A stretch of 64,000 nt of DNA from an uncultured Acidobacteriota bacterium (lineage in GTDB: Bacteria > Acidobacteriota > UBA6911 > RPQK01). Made by a program: the position numbers and the translations under genes. The notes below the pieces were generated by a model. That model did not search any database, was not told where the DNA came from, and worked only from the letters and a program-made list of their open reading frames with translations. The stretch is from the NCBI GenBank assembly GCA_964421755.1, contig CAYQYP010000204.1:9746-73745 (forward strand), read 5' to 3'. Every line of letters starts with the position of its first letter. Position 1 is the first letter of the stretch. This document shows, one piece after another, positions 19,002-27,787 of the stretch.

Positions 19002-20171
19002 ATGAGAAGTGTGTTATTTGTAATTCTGTCCGGCCTCCTCTTCACTATCGTCATAGCGCTCAGCCTCCGCACCAGCGCAGAAGCTGTGGCGGCCGAAAAG
19101 GCGACCTCCTCCGCAAAGATGGAAGCCGCTTACTTCGCGGGCGGCTGCTTCTGGTGTGTGGAAGCGGACTTCGAAAAAGTGGACGGAATCACCGAAGTGA
19201 TATCGGGTTTTGCCGGAGGAGAAAAGGAAAACCCTGCGTACCAGGAAGTATCCGCGGGGCGAACCGGACACACGGAATCGGTGAAGGTGATCTATGATCC
19301 CGCGAAGATCAGCTACTCCGAGCTGCTCCAAGTGTTCTGGACGCACATCGATCCGACGGACAAAAACGGCCAGTTTGTCGACCGGGGAAGGCAGTATCGC
19401 AGTGCGATCTTTTACAGCAATGAGGCAGAGCACCGGCTTGCGGAGGCTTCAAAGAAGCTACTGGAAAATTCCGGGGTGTTCAAGAAACCGATCGTGACCG
19501 AAATCGTTCCGCTCACCAAGTTCTACGAGGCGGAGAAGTACCACCAGGATTTCTACAAGAACCATGCGGACCGATACCGGAGCTACCGGTCCGGCTCCGG
19601 GCGGGATCAATTCCTCGCCAAGACTTGGAAAGCCCGTACCTTTGATTTATCCAAGAACTTAAAGGAGAGCCAGATGGAAGCGACGAGCAAGACAGTATCC
19701 AACCGACAATATAGCAAGCCCGACGACAAGGAGCTGCGCGAGAGGTTAACGCCGATTCAATACAAGGTCACGCAGAAAGAAGGAACCGAGCCGCCGTTCA
19801 AAAATGAATATTGGAACAACAAAAAAGAAGGCATTTACGTGGATGTCGTGACCGGAGAGCCCCTCTTCAGCTCGCTGGACAAATACGATTCGGGGACCGG
19901 CTGGCCGAGCTTCACGAAACCGCTGGAAAGGACCAACATAGTCGAAAGAGAAGACCGGAGCTTGTTCGCGTCACGGACCGAGGTCCGAAGCAAGCACGGG
20001 GGTTCCCACCTCGGTCACGTTTTTCCGGACGGCCCCAGACCAACCGGCCTGCGCTATTGCATGAATTCCGCCGCGCTCAGGTTCATACCCAAGGAGGACC
20101 TCGCCAAGGAAGGCTACGGCGAGTACGCACGGCTGTTCGAAAAAGCCGAAACGCACGCCGAGGCGGAATGA
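19002..20171 (+). CDS. msrAB: Membrane-anchored or secreted bifunctional peptide-methionine sulfoxide reductase, an MsrA-MsrB fusion.
   Basis: AAGGAG Shine-Dalgarno 6 nt upstream. Signal/anchor [19 protein letters not shown]. MsrA motif [12 protein letters not shown]. MsrB motif in the C-terminal half (GTGWPSF...[11 protein letters not shown]). Confidence 0.9.
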   Translation: MRSVLFVILSGLLFTIVIALSLRTSAEAVAAEKATSSAKMEAAYFAGGCFWCVEADFEKVDGITEVISGFAGGEKENPAYQEVSAGRTGHTESVKVIYDPAKISYSELLQVFWTHIDPTDKNGQFVDRGRQYRSAIFYSNEAEHRLAEASKKLLENSGVFKKPIVTEIVPLTKFYEAEKYHQDFYKNHADRYRSYRSGSGRDQFLAKTWKARTFDLSKNLKESQMEATSKTVSNRQYSKPDDKELRERLTPIQYKVTQKEGTEPPFKNEYWNNKKEGIYVDVVTGEPLFSSLDKYDSGTGWPSFTKPLERTNIVEREDRSLFASRTEVRSKHGGSHLGHVFPDGPRPTGLRYCMNSAALRFIPKEDLAKEGYGEYARLFEKAETHAEAE

Positions 20172-20253
20172 GGCGGGCAAGGGTGGCTTTGCCCCCTAGG
20201 GGGCGCAAAAAAGCACGACTGGACGTAGGAAAAAAGGAAAGTACCGATTCGAC

Positions 20254-21234
20254 ATGAAATCGCAAATTCAGACAGACCTCAACGTGTTCGACCAAGCGGT
20301 GTTGAACCATGAAGGCACACCGTTGCACGGTTTGGATCTCACCACCATCCAGGTCAATATCGGTCTGACCTGCAATCTGAAGTGCGTGCACTGCCATGTA
20401 TCCTCCGGTCCGACCCGTAAGGAACAGATGAGCTGGGAGACCATGGAACTCGTTCTCATTGCCGCGCGAAAAGTGCACGCGCGTCTGGTCGATATCACTG
20501 GCGGAGCTCCCGAGATGAACCCTCATTTCCGACGGTTTGTGGCAACACTACGGGATGAGGGTTTCGAGACTCAGGTCAGGACAAACCTTACGATTCTACT
20601 CGAGTCCGGCTATGAGGACCTGATCCCTTTCATGGCAGACCGAAAAGTCAGGCTGGTGGCCTCCCTTCCCTGTTACCTCGAGCAGAATGTCGACAGCCAG
20701 CGCGGCGAGGGCGTGTACGAAGGGAGCATCCGGGCCATTCAGCTGCTGAACACTCACGGCTACGGCCTGAAGGAGGACCTGCCGCTCGATCTGGTTTACA
20801 ACCCGCTGGGCCCGGTGCTTCCACCGAACCAGGAGCGCCTGGAGGAGGATTACCGCCAGGAGCTTGGCCGGCGATTCGGCATCCATTTCACCCGGCTGCA
20901 TGCCCTCGCCAACATGCCGATCGGACGCTTCCGGGTCATCCTTCGACACGAGAGAAAAGACGGTGACTATCAGTCGCTTCTCGAGCGCACATTCAATCCG
21001 CGAACACTGGAGGGGCTGATGTGCCGTCATCAAATCAGCGTGGATTGGACCGGCGCTCTTTATGACTGTGACTTTAATCTGGCCACGCGTCTGCCTCTAA
21101 ATCACGGGGCGCCGACGCATATCAGGGATTTCGATCCCGACACGCTGGTCCGACGCCGGATCGCGACAGCCCCCTATTGCTTCGGGTGTACAGCCGGCTG
21201 CGGCTCGTCCTGCGCAGGCGCGCTGGTGAAGTAA
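20254..21234 (+). CDS. Radical-SAM protein with a C-terminal Cys-rich domain (rSAM/Cys-rich family, ArsS-like).
   Basis: CX3CX2C motif in GLTCNLKCVHCH. C-terminal cluster APYCFGCTAGCGSSCAGA. Confidence 0.75.
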   Translation: MKSQIQTDLNVFDQAVLNHEGTPLHGLDLTTIQVNIGLTCNLKCVHCHVSSGPTRKEQMSWETMELVLIAARKVHARLVDITGGAPEMNPHFRRFVATLRDEGFETQVRTNLTILLESGYEDLIPFMADRKVRLVASLPCYLEQNVDSQRGEGVYEGSIRAIQLLNTHGYGLKEDLPLDLVYNPLGPVLPPNQERLEEDYRQELGRRFGIHFTRLHALANMPIGRFRVILRHERKDGDYQSLLERTFNPRTLEGLMCRHQISVDWTGALYDCDFNLATRLPLNHGAPTHIRDFDPDTLVRRRIATAPYCFGCTAGCGSSCAGALVK

Positions 21235-21271
21235 TCCTGTGAATCCGGTTAATCCTGTCTAAAGGCTTTTT

Positions 21272-21307
21272 GACAAGATTGACAAGACTAACAAGATTAA
21301 CGAGATC
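21272..21307. repeat. Four tandem imperfect 9-mers (GACAAGATT type) in the promoter region of the DUF547 gene.
   Basis: GACAAGATT GACAAGACT AACAAGATT AACGAGATC. They embed two TTGACA hexamers. A TAATCCTGT direct repeat lies just upstream at 21232-21258. Confidence 0.7.
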
Positions 21308-21328
21308 ACTGGCAACCGTGAGGACATC

Positions 21329-22207
21329 ATGATTCGAAAAGCGCCTCGCTCGACTCTTCTCCTGCTGGTGCTCGTCGCTGCGTCCGCGTGTACCGGAGAT
21401 GAGCCAACCGTTTCGGCTGTCGATTCCATTCCCACAAATCTCAGCGCGACAGCGGATGACGCTTTCCGCACGGTGCTTTCAGAGCGAGTCAAAGGACAAG
21501 GTCTGGTCGACTACAAAGCGCTAAAAGCCAACCACCAGGCACTCGACAGTTACGTCAGGTCACTCGCGGGACTGGACCCGAAATCATACGAAGCATGGAA
21601 CGACGGCAGGAAGATTGCCTTCTGGATCAACGCTTATAACGCTCTGACACTCAAGTCGATCGTCGATCACTATCCGATTAGAAAAGGCGGGTTGATTAGC
21701 GGCGTCCGGTTTCCAGAGAACAGCATTCGCCAGATCCCCGGCGTCTGGGACAAGGTCAGCCACTCGATCAAGGGAAAGCCGATGACCCTCGATCAGATCG
21801 AGCACGATGTACTGCGAAAGCAGTTCGACGAGCCCCGCATCCACATGGCGCTCGTTTGTGCGGCAATGGGCTGCCCGCCCCTGCGAAATGAGCCGTACAC
21901 CGGCGATCGCCTTGATGCCCAGTTGACCGACCAGGCGCGAAGGCTCTTCTCGGATTCGGGCAAGTTCCGAATCGACCGGGAGAACGAGACAGTGTACCTG
22001 TCGAGCATCTTCAAGTGGTTCGGCGCGGACTTCGCGCGAAAGTACTCAACCAAAGAATTCCAGCAGGTCAGCGCGGGCTTGCGTCCGGTCATGAATTTCG
22101 CGGCGCAACATCTTAGCCCGGCGGATGCCGAGTACCTGAAGACCCAGCGATATACTGTCGCCTACCTGGACTATGACTGGTCGCTCAACGAGAAAAAAGC
22201 ACGATGA
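21329..22207 (+). CDS. DUF547-domain lipoprotein.
   Basis: Signal and lipobox LLLLVLVAASACTG. The DUF547 core reads FWINAYNALTLKSIVDHYP...HMALVCAAMGCPPL. Confidence 0.75.
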   Translation: MIRKAPRSTLLLLVLVAASACTGDEPTVSAVDSIPTNLSATADDAFRTVLSERVKGQGLVDYKALKANHQALDSYVRSLAGLDPKSYEAWNDGRKIAFWINAYNALTLKSIVDHYPIRKGGLISGVRFPENSIRQIPGVWDKVSHSIKGKPMTLDQIEHDVLRKQFDEPRIHMALVCAAMGCPPLRNEPYTGDRLDAQLTDQARRLFSDSGKFRIDRENETVYLSSIFKWFGADFARKYSTKEFQQVSAGLRPVMNFAAQHLSPADAEYLKTQRYTVAYLDYDWSLNEKKAR

Positions 22208-22225
22208 TTGAAGAGAGGTTGCCTC

Positions 22226-24391
22226 TCACCGGGACGCTGGACGGGCGCTCGGATCCCCCGTGGGTGGCGGGGCAAGGTCGCTTGCGGCAGGCGGTCCAAG
22301 AAGCTCGGTGAAAATCGGTTTGAGCGCGTCCGACCAGACCTGGTAACCCTTCACGGTCGGGTGCAACCCGTCCATCATCATGCCCTGAAAAAGCTTGCCG
22401 TTCTGGTCGGCCAGCTTGTCATTCACATTGATGTAGCGAACACTCTTCCCGTCGGCAAACCCGGCGATGTTAGCGTTGAGCTGGTTGATCTCCGGCACGA
22501 CCGCGATATTGTCGTTGCGCGGGAAAATAGCCGTCAGGAGGATGGTCGCGTCGGGGGCTTTCGCACGGCAAGTGTCGAGGATGGCTTTGATCCCGCGAGT
22601 AATGGCTGCGATTTTCGCTCCGTCACCCGGAGTTGCGCCCACGTTGTTGGTTCCTGCCTGAACGACGATGATCCGCGGATTGATGCCGTCCAGCTCGCCG
22701 TTTTGAAGCCGCCAGAGGATGTTCTGGGTCTGGTCTCCGCCCCACCCGAAATTGGCAGCGTTCCATCCGAAGAAGTTGGCCCGCCAGTTCGCCAGGAACT
22801 CCGGATAGTCCAGGGCGCCCCAGCGGCGGGTGATCGAATCGCCAACGAAGTAGATGTCGATCCTGCCGGATTTCACCTTTTCCAGCAATTGAGCGTGAGC
22901 AGTCTGGGAATTCGGGTCGGACCGAGGTGTCGGATGATCGGCTGGCGCGTTGGCACTGGTATTCAGCCGCGGGGTTCGAACAAACATCTTGTCTGCCCAT
23001 GCGATGAAGTACTTCCAGTTCGGACCATCCGTGTGCCCGCCATCGTGCTGGCGCCAGGCCAGCTGACCATCGAGAAGTCCGGTGTTAACCGGGGGCATTT
23101 TCTCCTTCATGTAGTCATCCGAGGTGCCGAGATCCTTTGCGCCGAGCAACCTGAACACCGGTCCGGCCGCAACGGCAGCCATGTAACTGCCCTGCTGGTC
23201 CAGCCATTTTGCGTCGCCCCGCTCGGGTACGCCATAGCTGATGAAGGTCGGTCGCGGTGCACAAAGCGCTATCAACTGGTGGGCGTCCACAGGGAGGTCT
23301 CCGGCATTCCGGCTGCCGAAACTCGCCTCGGCGGCGCCATATTTGAGGAAGTTACCGGCCATCCAGTGGTATTCGCCCGAGCCGGTCAGGTTCTCCACCG
23401 CTTCGCCGAAATTGCGCCGATGCAGCTTCGCGCCGCCTTCGCCCGAAGAGCCGACCAGGACAACTGCGAACCGGGTCTCGAATGCCATCGTAACGAGAGC
23501 GGCCTTGCCGAATCGGGAGACACCCTCGATGCCCACGCGCTTCCCGTCCACGCTTGGATCGGTTTCAAGGTAGTCCAGAGCGCGTGCGGCGCCCCATGAC
23601 CAGGCGCGCAAAGAACCCCAGTCATCGGGCTTTCGTGGCTGCCCGCAGTTGACCAGGCCGATGACACCCTTGGTCAAACCGCCGCCGTTATCGGCTTGGA
23701 TACTCGCCGGGTTGAGAAAGGCGTAGCCCCAGCCATCGGCGATAAGCTGCTCCGTCCCAGGCGGATCGCCAGCGGGAGGAGCCTGTCCGGGAGGAGCGCC
23801 GGGACGCGTGGGCATCTGCGCGGTGCCCAGAGCCTGGGCCAGGTTCCCTCTGCGGAACATAATCATGAGCGGGACGGGGCCGGTTGCATCCGCAGGCGTC
23901 ACGACCGTCAGCTCAATCTCGACGCTAATGCTCGGGCACGACGCATTGTCGACCTTGCCGACGAGTCGCTTGCCTATAGCGGGATGACCGCCAATCGTTG
24001 CCGTCCCTGTTTCGGCCACCGACCATGTGACTTTCGGGACGTTCGGGGGGATTCGACCGTAAACCTCGCGCTCGAAATCTTCCATGATTTCCGGCCGGCG
24101 GAGGTTCAACCACATTTCCGGCGTGGTCACCTTCCGTCCGTCTCTGAGCGTCAGCACCGGAGGGAGACTCGGGCAAGGATTCGCCAACGCCTCGTCGTAG
24201 TTGGCGGGATTCGGCGCTCCCTCCCTGCCGCTGGGGCCGGGACGTAACGCGACGATGCCAAGCTGCTCCATCATGTTTCGGTGGTCATCCGCCGTCGTCC
24301 AGTTCCGCGGTTCGGGTTGTGTGACCGATTGAAGGGCGCGCGCGTCCGCTCCTGAGAGACAGATGGCCAGCACCAGGACCGGTAACCTCAT
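22226..24391 (-). CDS. Secreted two-domain carbohydrate esterase: a CE15 glucuronoyl esterase fused to a C-terminal SGNH/GDSL hydrolase.
   Basis: Start at the internal ATG 24391 (GGAGG Shine-Dalgarno, signal MRLPVLVLAICLSGADARA). CE15 catalytic-serine motif GVSRFGKAAL. C-terminal domain with the SGNH block I, YFVGDSITRRWG. GTNN (block III). DGLHP (block V). Confidence 0.8.
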   Translation of the reverse strand: MRLPVLVLAICLSGADARALQSVTQPEPRNWTTADDHRNMMEQLGIVALRPGPSGREGAPNPANYDEALANPCPSLPPVLTLRDGRKVTTPEMWLNLRRPEIMEDFEREVYGRIPPNVPKVTWSVAETGTATIGGHPAIGKRLVGKVDNASCPSISVEIELTVVTPADATGPVPLMIMFRRGNLAQALGTAQMPTRPGAPPGQAPPAGDPPGTEQLIADGWGYAFLNPASIQADNGGGLTKGVIGLVNCGQPRKPDDWGSLRAWSWGAARALDYLETDPSVDGKRVGIEGVSRFGKAALVTMAFETRFAVVLVGSSGEGGAKLHRRNFGEAVENLTGSGEYHWMAGNFLKYGAAEASFGSRNAGDLPVDAHQLIALCAPRPTFISYGVPERGDAKWLDQQGSYMAAVAAGPVFRLLGAKDLGTSDDYMKEKMPPVNTGLLDGQLAWRQHDGGHTDGPNWKYFIAWADKMFVRTPRLNTSANAPADHPTPRSDPNSQTAHAQLLEKVKSGRIDIYFVGDSITRRWGALDYPEFLANWRANFFGWNAANFGWGGDQTQNILWRLQNGELDGINPRIIVVQAGTNNVGATPGDGAKIAAITRGIKAILDTCRAKAPDATILLTAIFPRNDNIAVVPEINQLNANIAGFADGKSVRYINVNDKLADQNGKLFQGMMMDGLHPTVKGYQVWSDALKPIFTELLGPPAASDLAPPPTGDPSARPASR

Positions 24392-24558
24392 ACCACCTCC
24401 TTCCAGAATCCGAGAATCTCGCCAACGTAAGGTTACCACTCGGGCTGGCGCAGGAGGGAGCCAAAGAGTCAGGCGAATCAGACTTGAACCCTGCTAATCG
24501 CTTGTTATAACTTTTGATCTATAACTTTGATCAGGTTCTTTTTATAGGTTTTGTCGAA

Positions 24559-25239
24559 ATGAATAGGCACAAGGGGAGGGGCGCTACAAGGCAAGAGCTG
24601 GATTACGAGATTACGATACAGCGGGAGAACAGCTGTATTCAGGGTGCCCGGGTTGTAAGAGTCAGGGCTGGTGCGATGTGTTTGCACTGCCGCTCTGGTC
24701 TCCACCCGGGGGAAACCGTACGGGTAACTTTGGCCTCCAGCCTTCGCTTCCGGGCTTACGTCTCTCGCGTCATGGGACCGGACGAGCATCCTTCCGACGG
24801 CCACATCGCGTTTCTTAATCTTGCAACTCAACACCAGGCGGAGACCGCTCGCGCCAGTCCGACGGCATCCTGGGCCTTTTTTGACGAGACTCTGGACCGG
24901 GTCGATTTTGGAGTCGATCTTCGGCTTGCCCACTTGAACTCCTACATCCTCCGTCACTACACGGACCCCGAGGTGTTGGTGGTGGCCGCCCGCAGGCTGG
25001 GAGTCACCAAACGTTACCTGGTCGCTCTCTTCAAAAGCAAGCTCGGCTGCCGCTGTTCCGATTGGCTGGTTTACGTCCGGATGCGACAGGCGCTCTGGTT
25101 TTTCGCGAGAGAGGACCGGTCGGTGAATGAAGTCGCTCACCGGGTCGGATACCGGACTCTAAGAGCTTTTGAAAGAACATTTAAGCAGCGAATTGGGCTA
25201 ACGCCAAGACAATTCAAGATCTTGGTGCGGCCGCTGTAA
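24559..25239 (+). CDS. AraC-family regulator with an uncharacterised ~110 aa N-terminal domain. The start is uncertain.
   Basis: C-terminal HTH_18: VTKRYLVALFKSKLGCRCSDWLVYVRMRQALWF...VNEVAHRVGYRTLRAFERTFKQRIGLTPRQF. The track ORF begins at a TTG at 24514 inside a TATAACTTT(T)GATC direct repeat. Confidence 0.55.
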   Translation: MNRHKGRGATRQELDYEITIQRENSCIQGARVVRVRAGAMCLHCRSGLHPGETVRVTLASSLRFRAYVSRVMGPDEHPSDGHIAFLNLATQHQAETARASPTASWAFFDETLDRVDFGVDLRLAHLNSYILRHYTDPEVLVVAARRLGVTKRYLVALFKSKLGCRCSDWLVYVRMRQALWFFAREDRSVNEVAHRVGYRTLRAFERTFKQRIGLTPRQFKILVRPL

Positions 25240-25377
25240 TTGTTGATATTGGCCGGCAGGTCATTGTTGGTGAATTATGCGACGAATTTGCCGCGTGGCC
25301 TGTACAACCCTCGGTAAGTTGGCTATCTTCCAGTCAGGACATCACACAACAACTTGATCGATGAGGGGGCTTGCATT

Positions 25378-25929
25378 ATGTTGCCTTCCGATTCACCTGT
25401 ACCCGCCAGACCGGACTTCGCTAACGAGCGTCTCTTCTCTTACTACCCCGCTTTAGGAAGAGTGAGAAAATACGTGCAGGAAAACTGCAGCGAACCGATT
25501 ACCCTGTCGCAGGTAGCCGACGTAGCCGCTATGGAAACGACTTATTTCTCGGCTTTTTTTCACCAGAAGGTTGGGCTCACTTTCACTGATTGGTTACGCC
25601 GTTTCCGAATCGCGAACGCCATGGCCATGTTGGCGTCTGAAAACTACTCGGTATGCGAAGTAGCATTTGCCGTCGGATTCAATGATCTGAGGACTTTCGG
25701 AAGGGCCTTCAAGCGTTACACCCGGCTCACTCCTACGGAGTACAAGAGATTGACGGGCCCGTCTCCGCTGACACCGACTTCGGAAAGCCGTCAAGGCAGC
25801 GCGGCGGTACAGCCGCTAGCTGCTGCCCAGGCAAGTGCAGGGCCCTCCCGGTTTTCTGAATATACCCAGGAAACAAGGGGGGCGGATCATCGGCCCGGAT
25901 CTCTGCGTCACGCCGGCGTGAAGGTTTAA
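25378..25929 (+). CDS. AraC-family transcriptional regulator.
   Basis: GAGGGGG Shine-Dalgarno before the ATG at 25378. HTH_18 reads ITLSQVADVAAMETTYFSAFFHQKVGLTFTDWLRRFRIANAMAML...VCEVAFAVGFNDLRTFGRAFKRYTRLTPTEY. Confidence 0.65.
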   Translation: MLPSDSPVPARPDFANERLFSYYPALGRVRKYVQENCSEPITLSQVADVAAMETTYFSAFFHQKVGLTFTDWLRRFRIANAMAMLASENYSVCEVAFAVGFNDLRTFGRAFKRYTRLTPTEYKRLTGPSPLTPTSESRQGSAAVQPLAAAQASAGPSRFSEYTQETRGADHRPGSLRHAGVKV

Positions 25930-26470
25930 AAACCGCTCCTCGGAGCGCGCCCGGCTGTTGAAACCGACTTGGCCGATCGCCCTTCCTTCGCCGGAAAACT
26001 GGCAGCCCTAATCGAAGAAAGAACGCGAAAGAAGGGCGAGCTATCCCGCATCTGATCTCCGTTTTCCGTTCTGCCTCCTCTCGTATATCCATTCGGCTTA
26101 AGCGCGGGTGACTCGACGACCTCAACTCGTTGTCCGAACGGTCAACTCCAGGGAGTGGGCAAGATCTCGATAGTTGACCAGACTCCCTCATGCCATGCCG
26201 CGTTTCTCCCAAACGGTGCTGAGACTTCTCTTTCCCAGACACGTAAACTTGCGTGCAATTCTGGGCGTGGTCACGAGAACCAACACCGAACCAATCGGAT
26301 GTAAGTGACAGGCGCGAAGCGCTCTCGCTCCCCGGGTGCGAGACGCTATCCGCTTCCAGCCGCGCCGATCGTCGATTCCCTCCCTTTCTGTACTGAGTTC
26401 GCCCGAACAGGGCTAAACACTCGTACTGACCCTCTTCCTTAATTCGTTTCCGTTCCCCACAGGTGGTGCC

Positions 26471-27787
26471 ATGCGAGAAGACTATCTCCCGTTCGCTTTA
26501 CCGGATTTGGGCTCCGAGGAACTGGAGCAGGTCACCGAGACGCTCCAGTCGGGTTGGATCACAACTGGACCAAAAGTTCGCGAGTTCGAGACTAGGTTCG
26601 CCGCATACGTCGGTGCGAAGCATGCGGTGGCGGTCAATAGCTGCACTGCTGCTTTGCACCTGGCGCTCGAGGCGGCTGGTGTCAAGCGCAATGACCTGGT
26701 TATCACGACTCCCTACACGTTTGCAGCTACCGCCGAGGTTATTTACTACCTGGGGGCGATTCCAGTCTTCGTGGATGTCGACGCAGAAACCCTCAACATC
26801 GATGTGACCCGTTTGAGGGAGACGTTGCGCCAGCTGGAAATCAGCCGTATTGCACGAGTACCGGCGACGTCCGTCGCAATCCGCAAGGCTCTTCACAAGC
26901 GAAGTGGACGGACAGAGAAACCTGCGAGCAAGAGAGCGGGGAAACGGAGATTGAAAGCGGTGGTGCCGGTGCACATGGCTGGCTATCCGTGCGACATGGA
27001 CGAGATAAATCGAATGGCTTCCACGTTTGGTTTGGCGGTCGTCGAAGACGCGGCGCACGCATTCCCCACGTCCTATCGCGGCCGCCGAATCGGCGGGTTT
27101 CAGACAGAGACAAGTCGAAACGCCGCCTGTTTTTCGTTTTATGCCACGAAGCCCATTACGACCGGCGAAGGTGGAATGGTGACAACAAACGATGACCAGT
27201 TGGCGGAGCGGTATCGCGTCATGCGGCTTCACGGCATAAGCAAGGACGCCTGGAAGCGTTATTCGGTCGAGGGCAGTTGGTACTACGAGATTCAGGCACC
27301 AGGTTTCAAGTACAACATGCCCGATCTCGCCGCTGCGGTCGGCCTCGCTCAGCTGTCCAAAGCGGAGCGCATCTGGACGCGAAGAGCGGAGATGGCGGCG
27401 GCTTACAACGACGCCTTTGCGAATTATGAGGAACTGCAGGTGCCGACAGCGGCCCCCGAGATCCAACACTCCTGGCACTTGTATGTTTTGCGATTGAACC
27501 TTGATTTGCTCTCTATAGACCGGGATGCGTTCATTACGGAATTGAAGCGGCGCCGAATCTGTACCAGCGTTCATTTCATCCCCCTTCACCTGCATCCTTT
27601 CTATCGCTCCGAATACGGATACGAACCCGAGGATTTCCCGGTCGCCTACGCCGAATTCAAACGAGAAGTGTCGCTGCCGATCTACACAAAGATGACGGGC
27701 CGGGATGTAAACGACGTCGTGACGGCGGTTACCGAAGTCGTCCGGCGATTCAGCAGAAAGGCTGTTTATGCGGTGGCTGGATTTTAG
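26471..27787 (+). CDS. DegT/DnrJ/EryC1 aminotransferase (PglE/WbpE-like sugar aminotransferase) carrying an unusual ~40 aa basic insertion.
   Basis: AGGTGG Shine-Dalgarno. N-terminus MREDYLPFALPDLGSEELEQVTETLQSGWITTGPKVREFE. FYATKPITTGEGG (PLP-lysine). An insertion ARVPATSVAIRKALHKRSGRTEKPASKRAGKRRLKA lies between conserved blocks. Confidence 0.9.
   Translation: MREDYLPFALPDLGSEELEQVTETLQSGWITTGPKVREFETRFAAYVGAKHAVAVNSCTAALHLALEAAGVKRNDLVITTPYTFAATAEVIYYLGAIPVFVDVDAETLNIDVTRLRETLRQLEISRIARVPATSVAIRKALHKRSGRTEKPASKRAGKRRLKAVVPVHMAGYPCDMDEINRMASTFGLAVVEDAAHAFPTSYRGRRIGGFQTETSRNAACFSFYATKPITTGEGGMVTTNDDQLAERYRVMRLHGISKDAWKRYSVEGSWYYEIQAPGFKYNMPDLAAAVGLAQLSKAERIWTRRAEMAAAYNDAFANYEELQVPTAAPEIQHSWHLYVLRLNLDLLSIDRDAFITELKRRRICTSVHFIPLHLHPFYRSEYGYEPEDFPVAYAEFKREVSLPIYTKMTGRDVNDVVTAVTEVVRRFSRKAVYAVAGF

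Noticed and set aside
20160-20215. Hairpins GGGCAA-GGGTGGCT-TTGCCC and GCCCCC-TA-GGGGGC after msrAB, considered as a rho-independent terminator.
   Set aside because: The stems are followed by an A-run rather than a T-run on the coding strand. This could still be a structured 3' end but does not meet the canonical intrinsic-terminator pattern.
22208-23599. 463-aa plus-strand ORF.
   Set aside because: It is antisense to the CE15-SGNH esterase gene, whose catalytic motifs are intact. No recognisable motifs in the plus-strand translation.
24514-24558. TTG-initiated N-terminal extension of the AraC ORF.
   Set aside because: The TTG lies within a TATAACTTT(T)GATC direct repeat that looks like promoter or operator sequence with no Shine-Dalgarno. 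The start is more likely downstream (24559 or later).
25733-26242. 169-aa minus-strand ORF in the leader region before the polysaccharide cluster.
   Set aside because: The translation is low-complexity and Arg/Ser/Pro-rich with no start context. It partly overlaps the 3' end of the AraC gene. It is treated as non-coding leader.
26498-27595. 365-aa minus-strand ORF.
   Set aside because: It is antisense to the DegT aminotransferase, which has the PLP-lysine motif and a Shine-Dalgarno.
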